Source: Candidatus Latescibacterota bacterium
GTDB taxonomy: Bacteria; Latescibacterota; UBA2968
NCBI GenBank assembly: GCA_965204375.1
Contig: OZ241986.1
Coordinates: 3,072,001 to 3,136,000, forward strand
Length of the DNA stretch: 64,000 nucleotides
Direction of reading: 5' to 3'
This document shows, one piece after another, positions 46,198 to 55,146 of the stretch (its first letter is position 1; each line of letters opens with the position of its first letter). The notes beneath the pieces were generated by a model. It saw only the letters and a list, made by a program, of their open reading frames with translations, made no database searches and was not told the DNA's origin. Position numbers and translations under genes: made by a program.

Positions 46198-47343
46198 CTA
46201 TCTCCCACGCGACGTATAAACGCGACCGCCCTTGACAACCGCAACCGGCATCAGATTCTGCCGACCCGTCCGAACTTCTCCACGCGAATCCTCAAACCGA
46301 AACGCCCCTTCTCGCAACTCAAACAGCACAGCATCCCCAAACGCCCCTTTCGCGAGCGTCCCCACCTCACCTTTCATCCCGATAACCTCAGCAGGCACAG
46401 ACGTCACGCGCGAGATCGCCTCTTCCATCGACAGACCCAGGTGCAAAAACTTTGTCACCACAGACGCGAGATCGTAAACAGGACCATCTACATTGTAAAT
46501 ATGCAAATCCGATGAAATCGTAGTCGGCAGAACACCCTGCGACATCGCCGCCTCGACAATTCCCCATGAAAAAGACCCCGCCCCGTGTCCCACATCAAAC
46601 ACAACGCCCCGCTCAATCGCATCCAGAACCGAATCGCGGATGCGACCTTCGCCATCGAGAATCCCACACGGAAAGTCGTGAAAACAATGCGTCAAAATAT
46701 CCCCGCCCTTCATCACATCCAAAATATCGTCAATCGAATCGCACCACGCATCCTGCGGATGCACCATAATGGGCAATCCGGCCGCATCTGCCGCCTCTCT
46801 CGCCCTGTGCAGAGGCAACATCCCGGACCGCTCGCTGACGATACTATTCCGCGTCAGTCGAACCTTCACCCCGAGAACAATATCGCGGTGCTGCTCAATC
46901 ATGCGGCAGGCCTTATCCACATCCGCGTATTCGGGAATCTCGAACTCGCCGATCTCGGCAGTCAGCATACCCTGTGACGAGATATTCATCTGTGCCAGAA
47001 TCCGCGTCTCACTCACATCAATCACGTACTTCCGGAACCCCGGAAAAATATCTGCACCCGCAGATCCCGCATCGACCACAGTCGTCGCACCTCGGGCAAG
47101 ACACGTAGGGTCGGGTTCAATGCCGAAATGACTGACACCAGCAAACACATGGACGTGAATATCGATCAACCCCGGCGTCACCACACAACCCGTCGCGTCA
47201 ATCACCTCGCGGGCATCGCCCGTATCCAGATCTTCCCCAACAGCAGCAACCCTGCCCTCCGAGAACGCCACATCCCGCACATCACTGAGGTCTTCCGCCG
47301 GATCGACCAGCATCCCGCCCTTGATGAGCAAATCGTACTTCAT
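46198..47343 (-). CDS. Amidohydrolase/deacetylase-family metallohydrolase (dihydroorotase-like)
   Basis: PGLIDIHVH, VDAGSAG, THCF, DVGHG and ISSDLH motifs; start ATG 47343 after GAGGGG. Confidence 0.9.
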   Translation of the reverse strand: MKYDLLIKGGMLVDPAEDLSDVRDVAFSEGRVAAVGEDLDTGDAREVIDATGCVVTPGLIDIHVHVFAGVSHFGIEPDPTCLARGATTVVDAGSAGADIFPGFRKYVIDVSETRILAQMNISSQGMLTAEIGEFEIPEYADVDKACRMIEQHRDIVLGVKVRLTRNSIVSERSGMLPLHRAREAADAAGLPIMVHPQDAWCDSIDDILDVMKGGDILTHCFHDFPCGILDGEGRIRDSVLDAIERGVVFDVGHGAGSFSWGIVEAAMSQGVLPTTISSDLHIYNVDGPVYDLASVVTKFLHLGLSMEEAISRVTSVPAEVIGMKGEVGTLAKGAFGDAVLFELREGAFRFEDSRGEVRTGRQNLMPVAVVKGGRVYTSRGR

Positions 47344-47373
47344 CGCAAACTCCCCTCTCGTAAACTCCTTCAT

Positions 47374-48156
47374 TCACCCGGCGTGTACGCGCGGCATGAT
47401 CAGGCGGCGGTTGCGCGCCAGGGGCAAACCGGCGAAAGCGCAACGGTTATTCCACTGATCTATAGCCGCAGCATTTTTGTATTCGTTAATAATGGCGTGG
47501 CGGCCCCGCTGGGTGTAGTTGTGCCCGGCTCTGTGTACCACCAGCACATGAATAATCGCCACATCGCCGGGTTGCGCGCTCAGAACAACCGGGCGTTCGG
47601 GAGCAATCAAATCATCTGCAATTGTATGGCCCTTATAGGTCGGAAACTCGCCCTCGCGATGAGAACCGGGCACCACCTCAGTGGCTCCGGCCTCAAAATC
47701 AGTGGGATCGAGGTACGTGATAGCCGCAGCCAGATCCGGAATCGTGTGACGCTCGTACGGCCAATCCTGATGCCAGCTCTGCGCGCAGAAAAAACCGGGC
47801 GGTTTATTGCGGATCTTCCCATTGTGAAAATCGAGATCAGGCCCCAAAAGATCGACCATAACCGAAACAATGCGCGGCTCGGTGAACTGATCGAACCAGT
47901 AGTCATCAGCCAGCGTCTGATCCATCATACCCACCACATTCTTCGGATTAAAAGGATCGGGCTGATACCCCTCGGGCACCTCCATAAAACTGTAGCGCAT
48001 ATTTTGGGGGCGCCCTTCGGTGCGGACGACCAGATCGTGGAAACGGCCGCGCATCTCCTGCATTTCTCGGGAACCGTAAAAGCCCTCCAAAAAGAGAAAG
48101 CCATCATCGTCAAAATCGCGCTTCTGATCTGGTGTCAGGATCAACAGATTGGACAT
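47374..48156 (-). CDS. Phytanoyl-CoA dioxygenase (PhyH) family
   Basis: F..DGF, WHQD, VVPGSH and H..VVH...N...R motifs. Confidence 0.9.
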   Translation of the reverse strand: MSNLLILTPDQKRDFDDDGFLFLEGFYGSREMQEMRGRFHDLVVRTEGRPQNMRYSFMEVPEGYQPDPFNPKNVVGMMDQTLADDYWFDQFTEPRIVSVMVDLLGPDLDFHNGKIRNKPPGFFCAQSWHQDWPYERHTIPDLAAAITYLDPTDFEAGATEVVPGSHREGEFPTYKGHTIADDLIAPERPVVLSAQPGDVAIIHVLVVHRAGHNYTQRGRHAIINEYKNAAAIDQWNNRCAFAGLPLARNRRLIMPRVHAG

Positions 48157-48196
48157 AACACAACCCTCCTACAACCGCTGATTAATAGGTATTTCG

Positions 48197-49177
48197 TCAA
48201 TGAGGATGGGATATTTCATGGAAAACGGGCAGCAAATAGGCGATAGCAACGCTCACGATCAGACCGAAAGTAATCTTCGCAAAGTCGGAAAGCACCAGAC
48301 GCGACACCTCCCGGCGGCTGCGGTGCTTTTCATTCCATGCAACGGCGATCTCGCGTCCAGCCAGCAACCCGACAAAAACCCAGGTCGTACTCATCGGGAG
48401 CTTGCTAACTTCCTTGAACAGGAACAGCACGATGCCATAGATCAGATCTACAAAAGTTGCCGAACGGATATCCGTGGTATTCGTCTTCGTCAACACCACT
48501 TTCTGGATCGCACCACCATGTGTATAAAAGATAATGGCTTGCATAGCCAGCATGGTTGCGATGGATGCTATAAACCATCCCACAGCTATATCTGGCGTAC
48601 GAGTGACCGGATCGCGCGGCAGGAAAACATAGATATTGGCCAGATCCTGTATCAGCCACTGACTCCAGAGAAAACCGGTTGAACACCACTGCGCCACCAC
48701 CCACCACGGGCTTTTCGGGCCATCCGTCTGCCTGAAACGGGACTCTAACCCCCGCGTAACCAGCCTGTAAATAAAGATAGCGGCCACGAATGCAGTCGCA
48801 TACCCCGCCAACGACTTGATCAGCATGCTCGGCAACGCCTTTGGTGCAAACACCGTCAGGGTCAGAAAAGTGGTACTAACCGGGATACCCCCGCGGGTCA
48901 GCAAAAGCAGTACAAAAGGCGGGATACAGTAAACCCAGTTAAAATGGTCTGGCACTGGAATTGCCGTAAGCCTACCATAGGAGACATCGCCATCATAGAC
49001 CACCCACCCATATACGAGAACCACGGTCAAGATGCCGCCGCCAAAGAGCCATAGCACCCACCAGGGACGGTGAGAATTAGAACTGAGAAACGTCCCCAAC
49101 GTCTGAATTGCGTCGTTGCCGACAATGGAATACGCACCGAGCAAAAAGCCAATGACCATTAAAACTTCCAAACTCAT
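48197..49177 (-). CDS. Multi-pass membrane protein, PiT (phosphate/sulfate permease)-like
   Basis: GNDAIQT and twin P(V/M)STT motifs; start ATG 49177 after GGAGG. Confidence 0.65.
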   Translation of the reverse strand: MSLEVLMVIGFLLGAYSIVGNDAIQTLGTFLSSNSHRPWWVLWLFGGGILTVVLVYGWVVYDGDVSYGRLTAIPVPDHFNWVYCIPPFVLLLLTRGGIPVSTTFLTLTVFAPKALPSMLIKSLAGYATAFVAAIFIYRLVTRGLESRFRQTDGPKSPWWVVAQWCSTGFLWSQWLIQDLANIYVFLPRDPVTRTPDIAVGWFIASIATMLAMQAIIFYTHGGAIQKVVLTKTNTTDIRSATFVDLIYGIVLFLFKEVSKLPMSTTWVFVGLLAGREIAVAWNEKHRSRREVSRLVLSDFAKITFGLIVSVAIAYLLPVFHEISHPH

Positions 49178-49249
49178 AAATCCCTCCCTGTAAGGTGTGT
49201 TAAATGTCCATTGGCAGACATTCAACGAACGGTTGCGATAATAAGGATA

Positions 49250-50719
49250 TCACGCAATCGAGAAATCAAATTTAACACGCGACTGATCGGATGCAGCAGT
49301 AAATGTGACGTTCGCCGTGGTATCTGTGATCTCAACGGCTCGCTGTGCGATATCCGTCTCAATCCCAATCTCGAGACCATCCAGACGCCACACATCCTCT
49401 TCAAACACAGCCACATTTGGTGAAAAAATCTCAAACACAAACTCCCGCGGATGTCCGGCCTCTGTCTGCTGTTCACCTCTAATCTCAGCCTCAATCGACA
49501 GACGCCCTGCTTCCGCCTTCGCCGCAACCTGTCCAATATGCCGCAGCGCGAGCCAGCCGGTCTCTCCATCTGACATGCGCCAGTGGACCGTCGCCGGATG
49601 GTATTGGAAACTGCGACCGGAATAACCACCCGAATCCTCTGCGCCGATCATGTAATGCGCATCCAGCCACGCGGTTGCAACGCGCTCTGGTTCAGCCGTG
49701 ATCCGTTTCTCGACACCTCGTGTACCTTCAAAAGCTGAGAAAGCAGCAGCGACCTCTGGCGGCGCATCAACCCCGAGAATCGCAAGACAAGGTCCATAAT
49801 TGAACTCGGCATTAATCTCCTCTCCCTTCGGAAACGGCGTCACCTCACGGCCAAACGCGAGCCAGATATGCAGACTCGTAAGCGCGGTATAATGCTTCAT
49901 ATCCATCCCATAGCTGCGCGAAAAAGGCCCGCAGAGATTGCCCAATCCCGCGTGGTAATAGCGCGCAATATCCCGCCAGAGTTCTTTCTCCATATACGCG
50001 CCCAATTCGTGGAGCGCACTATTCTCCAAATAGCGTCGCCAGAAACCGAGCGCGTAAAGATTCACACCATAGTACGTCGGTGAATTGTACTCCGCAAAAG
50101 CATTATTCTGCGCGAACAAACGATAGACCTCACCGCCAAATTCCTCACCGTATAAAACCATCTCATCATTTCCAATCCGCTTCCCAACCCACACGGACAG
50201 CGCGGCCTTCATCAAAGCGATATTCGAATACGTCGGCGGACAGCGATCCGGAGGCTCGCCCACAACAGCCATCTCCAAAGATCGGATCATGCGATCAACC
50301 AATCTCTGAGGCAACCGATCCCCGTACTCCTCGAGCGCGGTCGCAAACCCAAGCCCGATAAACTGACGCCAGTTCGGATCATAAGTACGCCACATCACGG
50401 CATCACCCTCTGAGGGATGTGGCTCGCCCACATAGCGATAAAAAGTACCGTGGTATGGCGTCCCCGGCTCGTCGAATTGATTATCGATAATCGCATCAAT
50501 CGTACGACACGCCCGCTCGACATCATCACCTTGATTGCGAAGCAGAAGCCCCACCGCGAACCAGACCGAATTCCGAACCATCAGCACCGCATCATTCTGG
50601 CGATGGGACCACAACAACGCGCTATCGGGATCCCAAAATCCCTCTGACCACTCGAGCGACTCAGTTGCGAGATGCCTCGCATAAGGCGACAGATCGGATA
50701 AAGAAATACCTTCAGACAT
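49250..50719 (-). CDS. Conserved hypothetical protein (possible helical-toroid plus beta-domain lyase/hydrolase)
   Basis: Long ORF with SD GGAG; conserved-looking motifs YDPNWRQF, YSNIALM, EYNSPTYYG and GPFSRSYGMDM. Confidence 0.65.
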   Translation of the reverse strand: MSEGISLSDLSPYARHLATESLEWSEGFWDPDSALLWSHRQNDAVLMVRNSVWFAVGLLLRNQGDDVERACRTIDAIIDNQFDEPGTPYHGTFYRYVGEPHPSEGDAVMWRTYDPNWRQFIGLGFATALEEYGDRLPQRLVDRMIRSLEMAVVGEPPDRCPPTYSNIALMKAALSVWVGKRIGNDEMVLYGEEFGGEVYRLFAQNNAFAEYNSPTYYGVNLYALGFWRRYLENSALHELGAYMEKELWRDIARYYHAGLGNLCGPFSRSYGMDMKHYTALTSLHIWLAFGREVTPFPKGEEINAEFNYGPCLAILGVDAPPEVAAAFSAFEGTRGVEKRITAEPERVATAWLDAHYMIGAEDSGGYSGRSFQYHPATVHWRMSDGETGWLALRHIGQVAAKAEAGRLSIEAEIRGEQQTEAGHPREFVFEIFSPNVAVFEEDVWRLDGLEIGIETDIAQRAVEITDTTANVTFTAASDQSRVKFDFSIA

Positions 50720-50806
50720 CGCGTGTCTCCATATTCCAATTCGCGTCCTTCATAATATACGCTTTCCCTGCAAATCCTTTGCCGAAAAATTCCGTTGAGA
50801 AATGGG

Positions 50807-51514
50807 CTACGACTCCGCCGCGTATCGCCGCAACACTTCGGCAATACGTGTGAAGCGCGCATCGTCGGGAAATTGTGCAAGCCATTCCAGCAACGTCTTA
50901 TTATCCTCTGTAAACTTCGCATCGGGATCGGCACCACTTTCCAAAAGCAACTCTACCGTATCGAGATGCCCGTGCCCGCCAGCGCAATACAACACCGTAT
51001 GCCCGCGATCATTTGCGACATTGACATCTGCGCCATGCGCGATCAACAAACGCACAATCTCCGTATCCCCATTGCGCGCCGCGTGATGCACAGGCTGATC
51101 GCCGCGACCATCTATCGCCGTCGCCAGATGGGGATGCCTGTTGAGCAACGCCAGCACCCGCGCAGCATCCGCGAGAAAAACCGACACCAGGAACTGCCGC
51201 GACAAATCATCAGTCGGACGAACATGGGAATCCAGCGCACCGTATTGAATAAGCAGTGAAACAATATTTTTATTATTCGGAACCTCGCCAGCGTAGTGCA
51301 ACACATAGCCATCATGAGCAGATAGGTCGGCCCCCGCCTCAATAAGCAGACGCACGACATCCTCACGTCGCCAAAGTCCCGCGTGAAAAATCGGCCGCCA
51401 TTCGTATTCATCATCTGCATCAACCGCAGCGGGATCGGCTGCAATCATTTCGCGCACAGCGTCGATATCCCCGCGCCTGCATGCATCGTGAATTGTTAGT
51501 GTATCACTCATCAT
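50807..51514 (-). CDS. Ankyrin repeat protein
   Basis: PIFHA..., PVHHAARNGD.EIVRLLI.HGADVN and LYCAGGHGHLDTVELLLESGADPD repeats. Confidence 0.92.
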   Translation of the reverse strand: MMSDTLTIHDACRRGDIDAVREMIAADPAAVDADDEYEWRPIFHAGLWRREDVVRLLIEAGADLSAHDGYVLHYAGEVPNNKNIVSLLIQYGALDSHVRPTDDLSRQFLVSVFLADAARVLALLNRHPHLATAIDGRGDQPVHHAARNGDTEIVRLLIAHGADVNVANDRGHTVLYCAGGHGHLDTVELLLESGADPDAKFTEDNKTLLEWLAQFPDDARFTRIAEVLRRYAAES

Positions 51515-51533
51515 TCACCCTCAATTATTTGTG

Positions 51534-52154
51534 TTAAAAGCGTCTTCGAGCAATGACAGAATGAAAACAAATGCCATCTCGGGGTTCCAATCTGCGATAG
51601 TACTCCAACCTGAATGACCTCTGCAAAACTTTCAGAAGTGTCTCTATACTTCTCAAAGAAAAAAACCGCTTCGGCTCATAAGTGTCCCGCTCCAAAATAC
51701 CCTCAAAGTCATCGCCCCCCCACACGCCAACATACATCAAACCATCCTCCACGAGCCGAGCCGCAATCAAATCGAAAATCTCATCTATATCTGCCTGCGG
51801 GATATGCAGCAGACAATTCAGAGAATAAACCGCATCAAAAGTCTCGCTCAACTGATCGAGATTATAGCAATCCAGAACGCGAGCGGAAACCTCTTTCTCT
51901 CTCGCCAACTTTACCATCGTCGGCGCGTTGTCGATCGCAAAAACCCGGAAACCCTGCGCTTGAAAAAATTTCGCATCGTGACCGGGACCGCATCCCAATT
52001 CGAGAATAGAATTTCGCTGCTCGTTTCTCAAACACTGCAAAAATTCGCTTCGCTCTCGCACCTTAAACTCATCAGTAGAACTATGCTCTCTCTCCAGCGC
52101 ATATCTTTCATACGAGGCAATCAAGCTATCGGTGAACTCCATGAAAGCCTCCAT
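51534..52154 (-). CDS. Class I SAM-dependent methyltransferase
   Basis: ILELGCGPG and FDAVYS.N.LLH motifs. Confidence 0.9.
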   Translation of the reverse strand: MEAFMEFTDSLIASYERYALEREHSSTDEFKVRERSEFLQCLRNEQRNSILELGCGPGHDAKFFQAQGFRVFAIDNAPTMVKLAREKEVSARVLDCYNLDQLSETFDAVYSLNCLLHIPQADIDEIFDLIAARLVEDGLMYVGVWGGDDFEGILERDTYEPKRFFSLRSIETLLKVLQRSFRLEYYRRLEPRDGICFHSVIARRRF

Positions 52155-52180
52155 AAAATGGATTGACAGATGGGAACAGC

Positions 52181-52209
52181 TTGATTTTCAGCCACAGCCT
52201 CCTTATTAT
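52181..52209 (+). promoter_or_regulatory. Putative sigma-70 promoter
   Basis: TTGATT-17 bp-TATTAT upstream of the GlnA-family gene. Confidence 0.5.
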
Positions 52210-52244
52210 GCCTTGCAACTTTCACAAAACCAAAGACATTTTTT

Positions 52245-53651
52245 ATGCACGCATCAGAACTTTCTGGACATGAGGCAAAGAACCTTATGACAACAGATCA
52301 AATCAAAGCGCGTCTTGAAAGCGACAAAATTCAAAAAATTAAACTCGCTGGCTTCGACATCGACGGCGTTATGCGCGGCAAATACATATCGCTCGACAAG
52401 TTCTTTTCTGCCATCGAAAAAGGTTTGGGCTTCTGTGATGTGACATTTGGTTGGGATATGATCGACCAACTCTACGAACAACCCACCGTCACGGGCTGGC
52501 ATACCGGATATCCGGACCTCCTCGCCAAAATTGACCTCAGTACATACCGCGTAATACCCTGGGAGCAGAACACTGCATTGTTCTTACTCGACTTTTACGA
52601 AAACGAAAATCAGCCACTTGCGGTATCCCCGCGCCAACTCCTCCAAACAATCGTTCGCAAAGCGAATGACATGGGATTCCAGCCATACATGTCCGCGGAA
52701 TACGAATACTTCATCTTCCGGGAAACGCCCCATTCTCTGGAAGACAAAGGGTTTGAGAACATGACGCCACTCTCACCCGGTTGGTTTGGCTACAGTGTAT
52801 TGCGGGCATCTGCGGCTTCAGAATTTGTTCACGCAATAATCGATGGAATGGGAGCGTATGACGTTGAACTGGAAGGAATACACACCGAAACCGGACCCGG
52901 CGTATATGAAACTGCGATTCGTTACGACACAGCATGTAACGCCGCAGACAAAGCCGCGCTATTCAAAACTGGCGTAAAAGAAATACTATCCAGACACGGA
53001 CTCGTCGCAACCTTTATGGCGAGGTGGAGTCCAGACTACCCCGGTTGCAGCGGGCACCTGCATCAGAGCCTGTGGAATTTAGAGGGAGACACAAACCTAT
53101 TTGCCGATGAATCAGATCCGCAGGGCATATCTCAAATCATGAAACACTATATCGCAGGACAAATCGCTACAATGCCCCACATGATGGCACTGATATGCCC
53201 GACCATCAACGCCTACAAGCGGACTGTCCCCGGAGCCTGGGCACCGACCAACGCCTCCTGGGGAATTGAAAATCGAACCGCATCTCTCCGCGCCATTCCC
53301 GGTACATCCCCTAAATCCACACGCACCGAATATCGACTGGCTGGCTCTGACGCCAATCCCCATATCTCAATGGCCGCCAGCCTCGCCGCCGGACTATACG
53401 GCATAGAGCATCAACTCGACCCCGGTGAACCATTCACGGGAAATGCCTACGAAGCTCCCGAAGGGCAATTCGAGCCTTTGCCAAAATCACTTGAAGAAGC
53501 GACAGACCGACTAAAAAATAGCGAAATTACCCGAACCTATCTCGGCGACGCATTTGTCGATCACTTCGCAATCACCCGCGAACACGAAATTGCGGAATAT
53601 CGCCGCGCCATAACGGATTGGGAACTCAAGCGATACTTTGAGATCATTTGA
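52245..53651 (+). CDS. Glutamine synthetase family protein (likely gamma-glutamyl-amine ligase type)
   Basis: DIDGVMRGK, EYEY, HTETGPGVYE, GHLHQSL, NAYKR, WGIENR and EYR..GSDANP motifs. Start may be 52287. Confidence 0.9.
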   Translation: MHASELSGHEAKNLMTTDQIKARLESDKIQKIKLAGFDIDGVMRGKYISLDKFFSAIEKGLGFCDVTFGWDMIDQLYEQPTVTGWHTGYPDLLAKIDLSTYRVIPWEQNTALFLLDFYENENQPLAVSPRQLLQTIVRKANDMGFQPYMSAEYEYFIFRETPHSLEDKGFENMTPLSPGWFGYSVLRASAASEFVHAIIDGMGAYDVELEGIHTETGPGVYETAIRYDTACNAADKAALFKTGVKEILSRHGLVATFMARWSPDYPGCSGHLHQSLWNLEGDTNLFADESDPQGISQIMKHYIAGQIATMPHMMALICPTINAYKRTVPGAWAPTNASWGIENRTASLRAIPGTSPKSTRTEYRLAGSDANPHISMAASLAAGLYGIEHQLDPGEPFTGNAYEAPEGQFEPLPKSLEEATDRLKNSEITRTYLGDAFVDHFAITREHEIAEYRRAITDWELKRYFEII

Positions 53652-55146
53652 ACGCCTCCACAATATAATTCCCTACCCGCAGGGCATTTGCCGCAATCGT
53701 CAAACTCGGATTGACGCCGCCAGACGTGGGAAACACGCTCCCATCCGTCACAAACAAATTGTCAATCCCCCGAAATTGGCAATTTTCATCCAGCACACTC
53801 GCCTCTTCATCATCGCCCATACGCACCGACCCCACGCCATGAGAAAAAGTGTCAATGCGATACGTATGAAAAAAAAACGCGCCCGACGCGCGCAAAATCC
53901 CTTTGGCCTTCTCCACCAGATAATCGCGACGTTCGCAATCTCGCGCTGTGTACTGATGTATGACCTGTGCGCGGCTGATGCCATAAACATCCTTCTCATC
54001 TGCCAGCACCACGCGATTCTCAAACTGCGGCTCATCCTCTGCAACACACAACAGATTTTGCAAAAAACCAGCAACCATTGCCGTAAGATTTTTAAGTCCA
54101 AAAGGCGCGTGGTGCTTCAGAGCTATAGGCGACGGCGTGTAAATATCCTGAATCACCCCAACGGCACGGCCGTCCTGCCCTCGGCAATCCCCGTAAAAAT
54201 CAGAAAAACACACCTGCTTGTGAAACACCTGTTCCGGATTTGTGCGAAACGGAAACACCCCCGCCACAACGGCATTGCAATGCCGCATCAGAAAACGCCC
54301 AATCAAATCGCCCTGCGGAAACGAATGCAACTCTGACCGCAACAAAATAGCCGGACTTTGCAGCGCCCCCGCAGCGACAACAGCAACAGGCGCGGACACT
54401 TCAAACGCCTTTTTAGTACGCCGATCCACACACGCCACAGCGCGCACGCGCCCCCGTTTGCAAATAACACGCGCTACCTGTACACCCGTCAAAATCTCAG
54501 CCCCTGCATCTTGTGCCAACTTGAGCAACGTCATCGTCAGATCATTTTTAGCCTCAATTTGGCACGGAAACCCATCGCAGGTCAAACATCGAATACACAC
54601 GGTTCGCGCCCGATCCGAAAAATTGATCGCCAATGGCATGCGAAAAGGCCGATATCCCAATGCACATCCAGCATCCCAAATGCGTTGTGCAGGGCGGGAC
54701 AGTTCAATAGGCGGAAACAAATAGTCGCCCGTCCGCGGCGGCTCGCACGGATCGACACCCACTTCTCCATGCACTTCCAGTAAGCGTTCAACACAATCGT
54801 AATGCGGAGATAGGTCCCCATACAAAATCGGCCACGCGACCAGATCTTCTTCGCGCAGCCTCAGCGATGCCCCACCGTAAAACACGGACATCCCACCAAC
54901 CACTTCATTCTCGACCACATCTGAAAAATCGCGGTCCTCATATTGCCTGACGCGAAGCGGCGAGGGACCCTGATAGCGTTTCTCTACCAGTATAGAACGA
55001 GGATCCCAATCCTCTGCATCGCGTCTTGCCCAATCGCCCCGTTCCAACAGTAAAACCTTCATACCCGCCACAGCCAACACATAAGCGCAGGCACTACCTC
55101 CAAATCCCGTACCGATAATAACAGCGTCGTAATCGTTAAAATTCAT
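53644..55146 (-). CDS. GMC-family FAD oxidoreductase
   Basis: GTGFGG, VGG.S..YG, C..C..C..C, SH..G..RMG and DGSVFPTSGGVNPSLTI.A.A motifs. Confidence 0.92.
   Translation of the reverse strand: MNFNDYDAVIIGTGFGGSACAYVLAVAGMKVLLLERGDWARRDAEDWDPRSILVEKRYQGPSPLRVRQYEDRDFSDVVENEVVGGMSVFYGGASLRLREEDLVAWPILYGDLSPHYDCVERLLEVHGEVGVDPCEPPRTGDYLFPPIELSRPAQRIWDAGCALGYRPFRMPLAINFSDRARTVCIRCLTCDGFPCQIEAKNDLTMTLLKLAQDAGAEILTGVQVARVICKRGRVRAVACVDRRTKKAFEVSAPVAVVAAGALQSPAILLRSELHSFPQGDLIGRFLMRHCNAVVAGVFPFRTNPEQVFHKQVCFSDFYGDCRGQDGRAVGVIQDIYTPSPIALKHHAPFGLKNLTAMVAGFLQNLLCVAEDEPQFENRVVLADEKDVYGISRAQVIHQYTARDCERRDYLVEKAKGILRASGAFFFHTYRIDTFSHGVGSVRMGDDEEASVLDENCQFRGIDNLFVTDGSVFPTSGGVNPSLTIAANALRVGNYIVEAFK

Noticed and set aside
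52245-53651. Assigning the symbol glnA
   Set aside because: It is clearly GS-family, but the sequence looks more like the gamma-glutamyl-amine ligase subgroup, so ammonia-assimilating function is not supported.
53644-53651. 8-bp convergent overlap of the GS-family and GMC genes
   Set aside because: Short tail-to-tail overlaps are common, and there is no evidence of a regulatory role.
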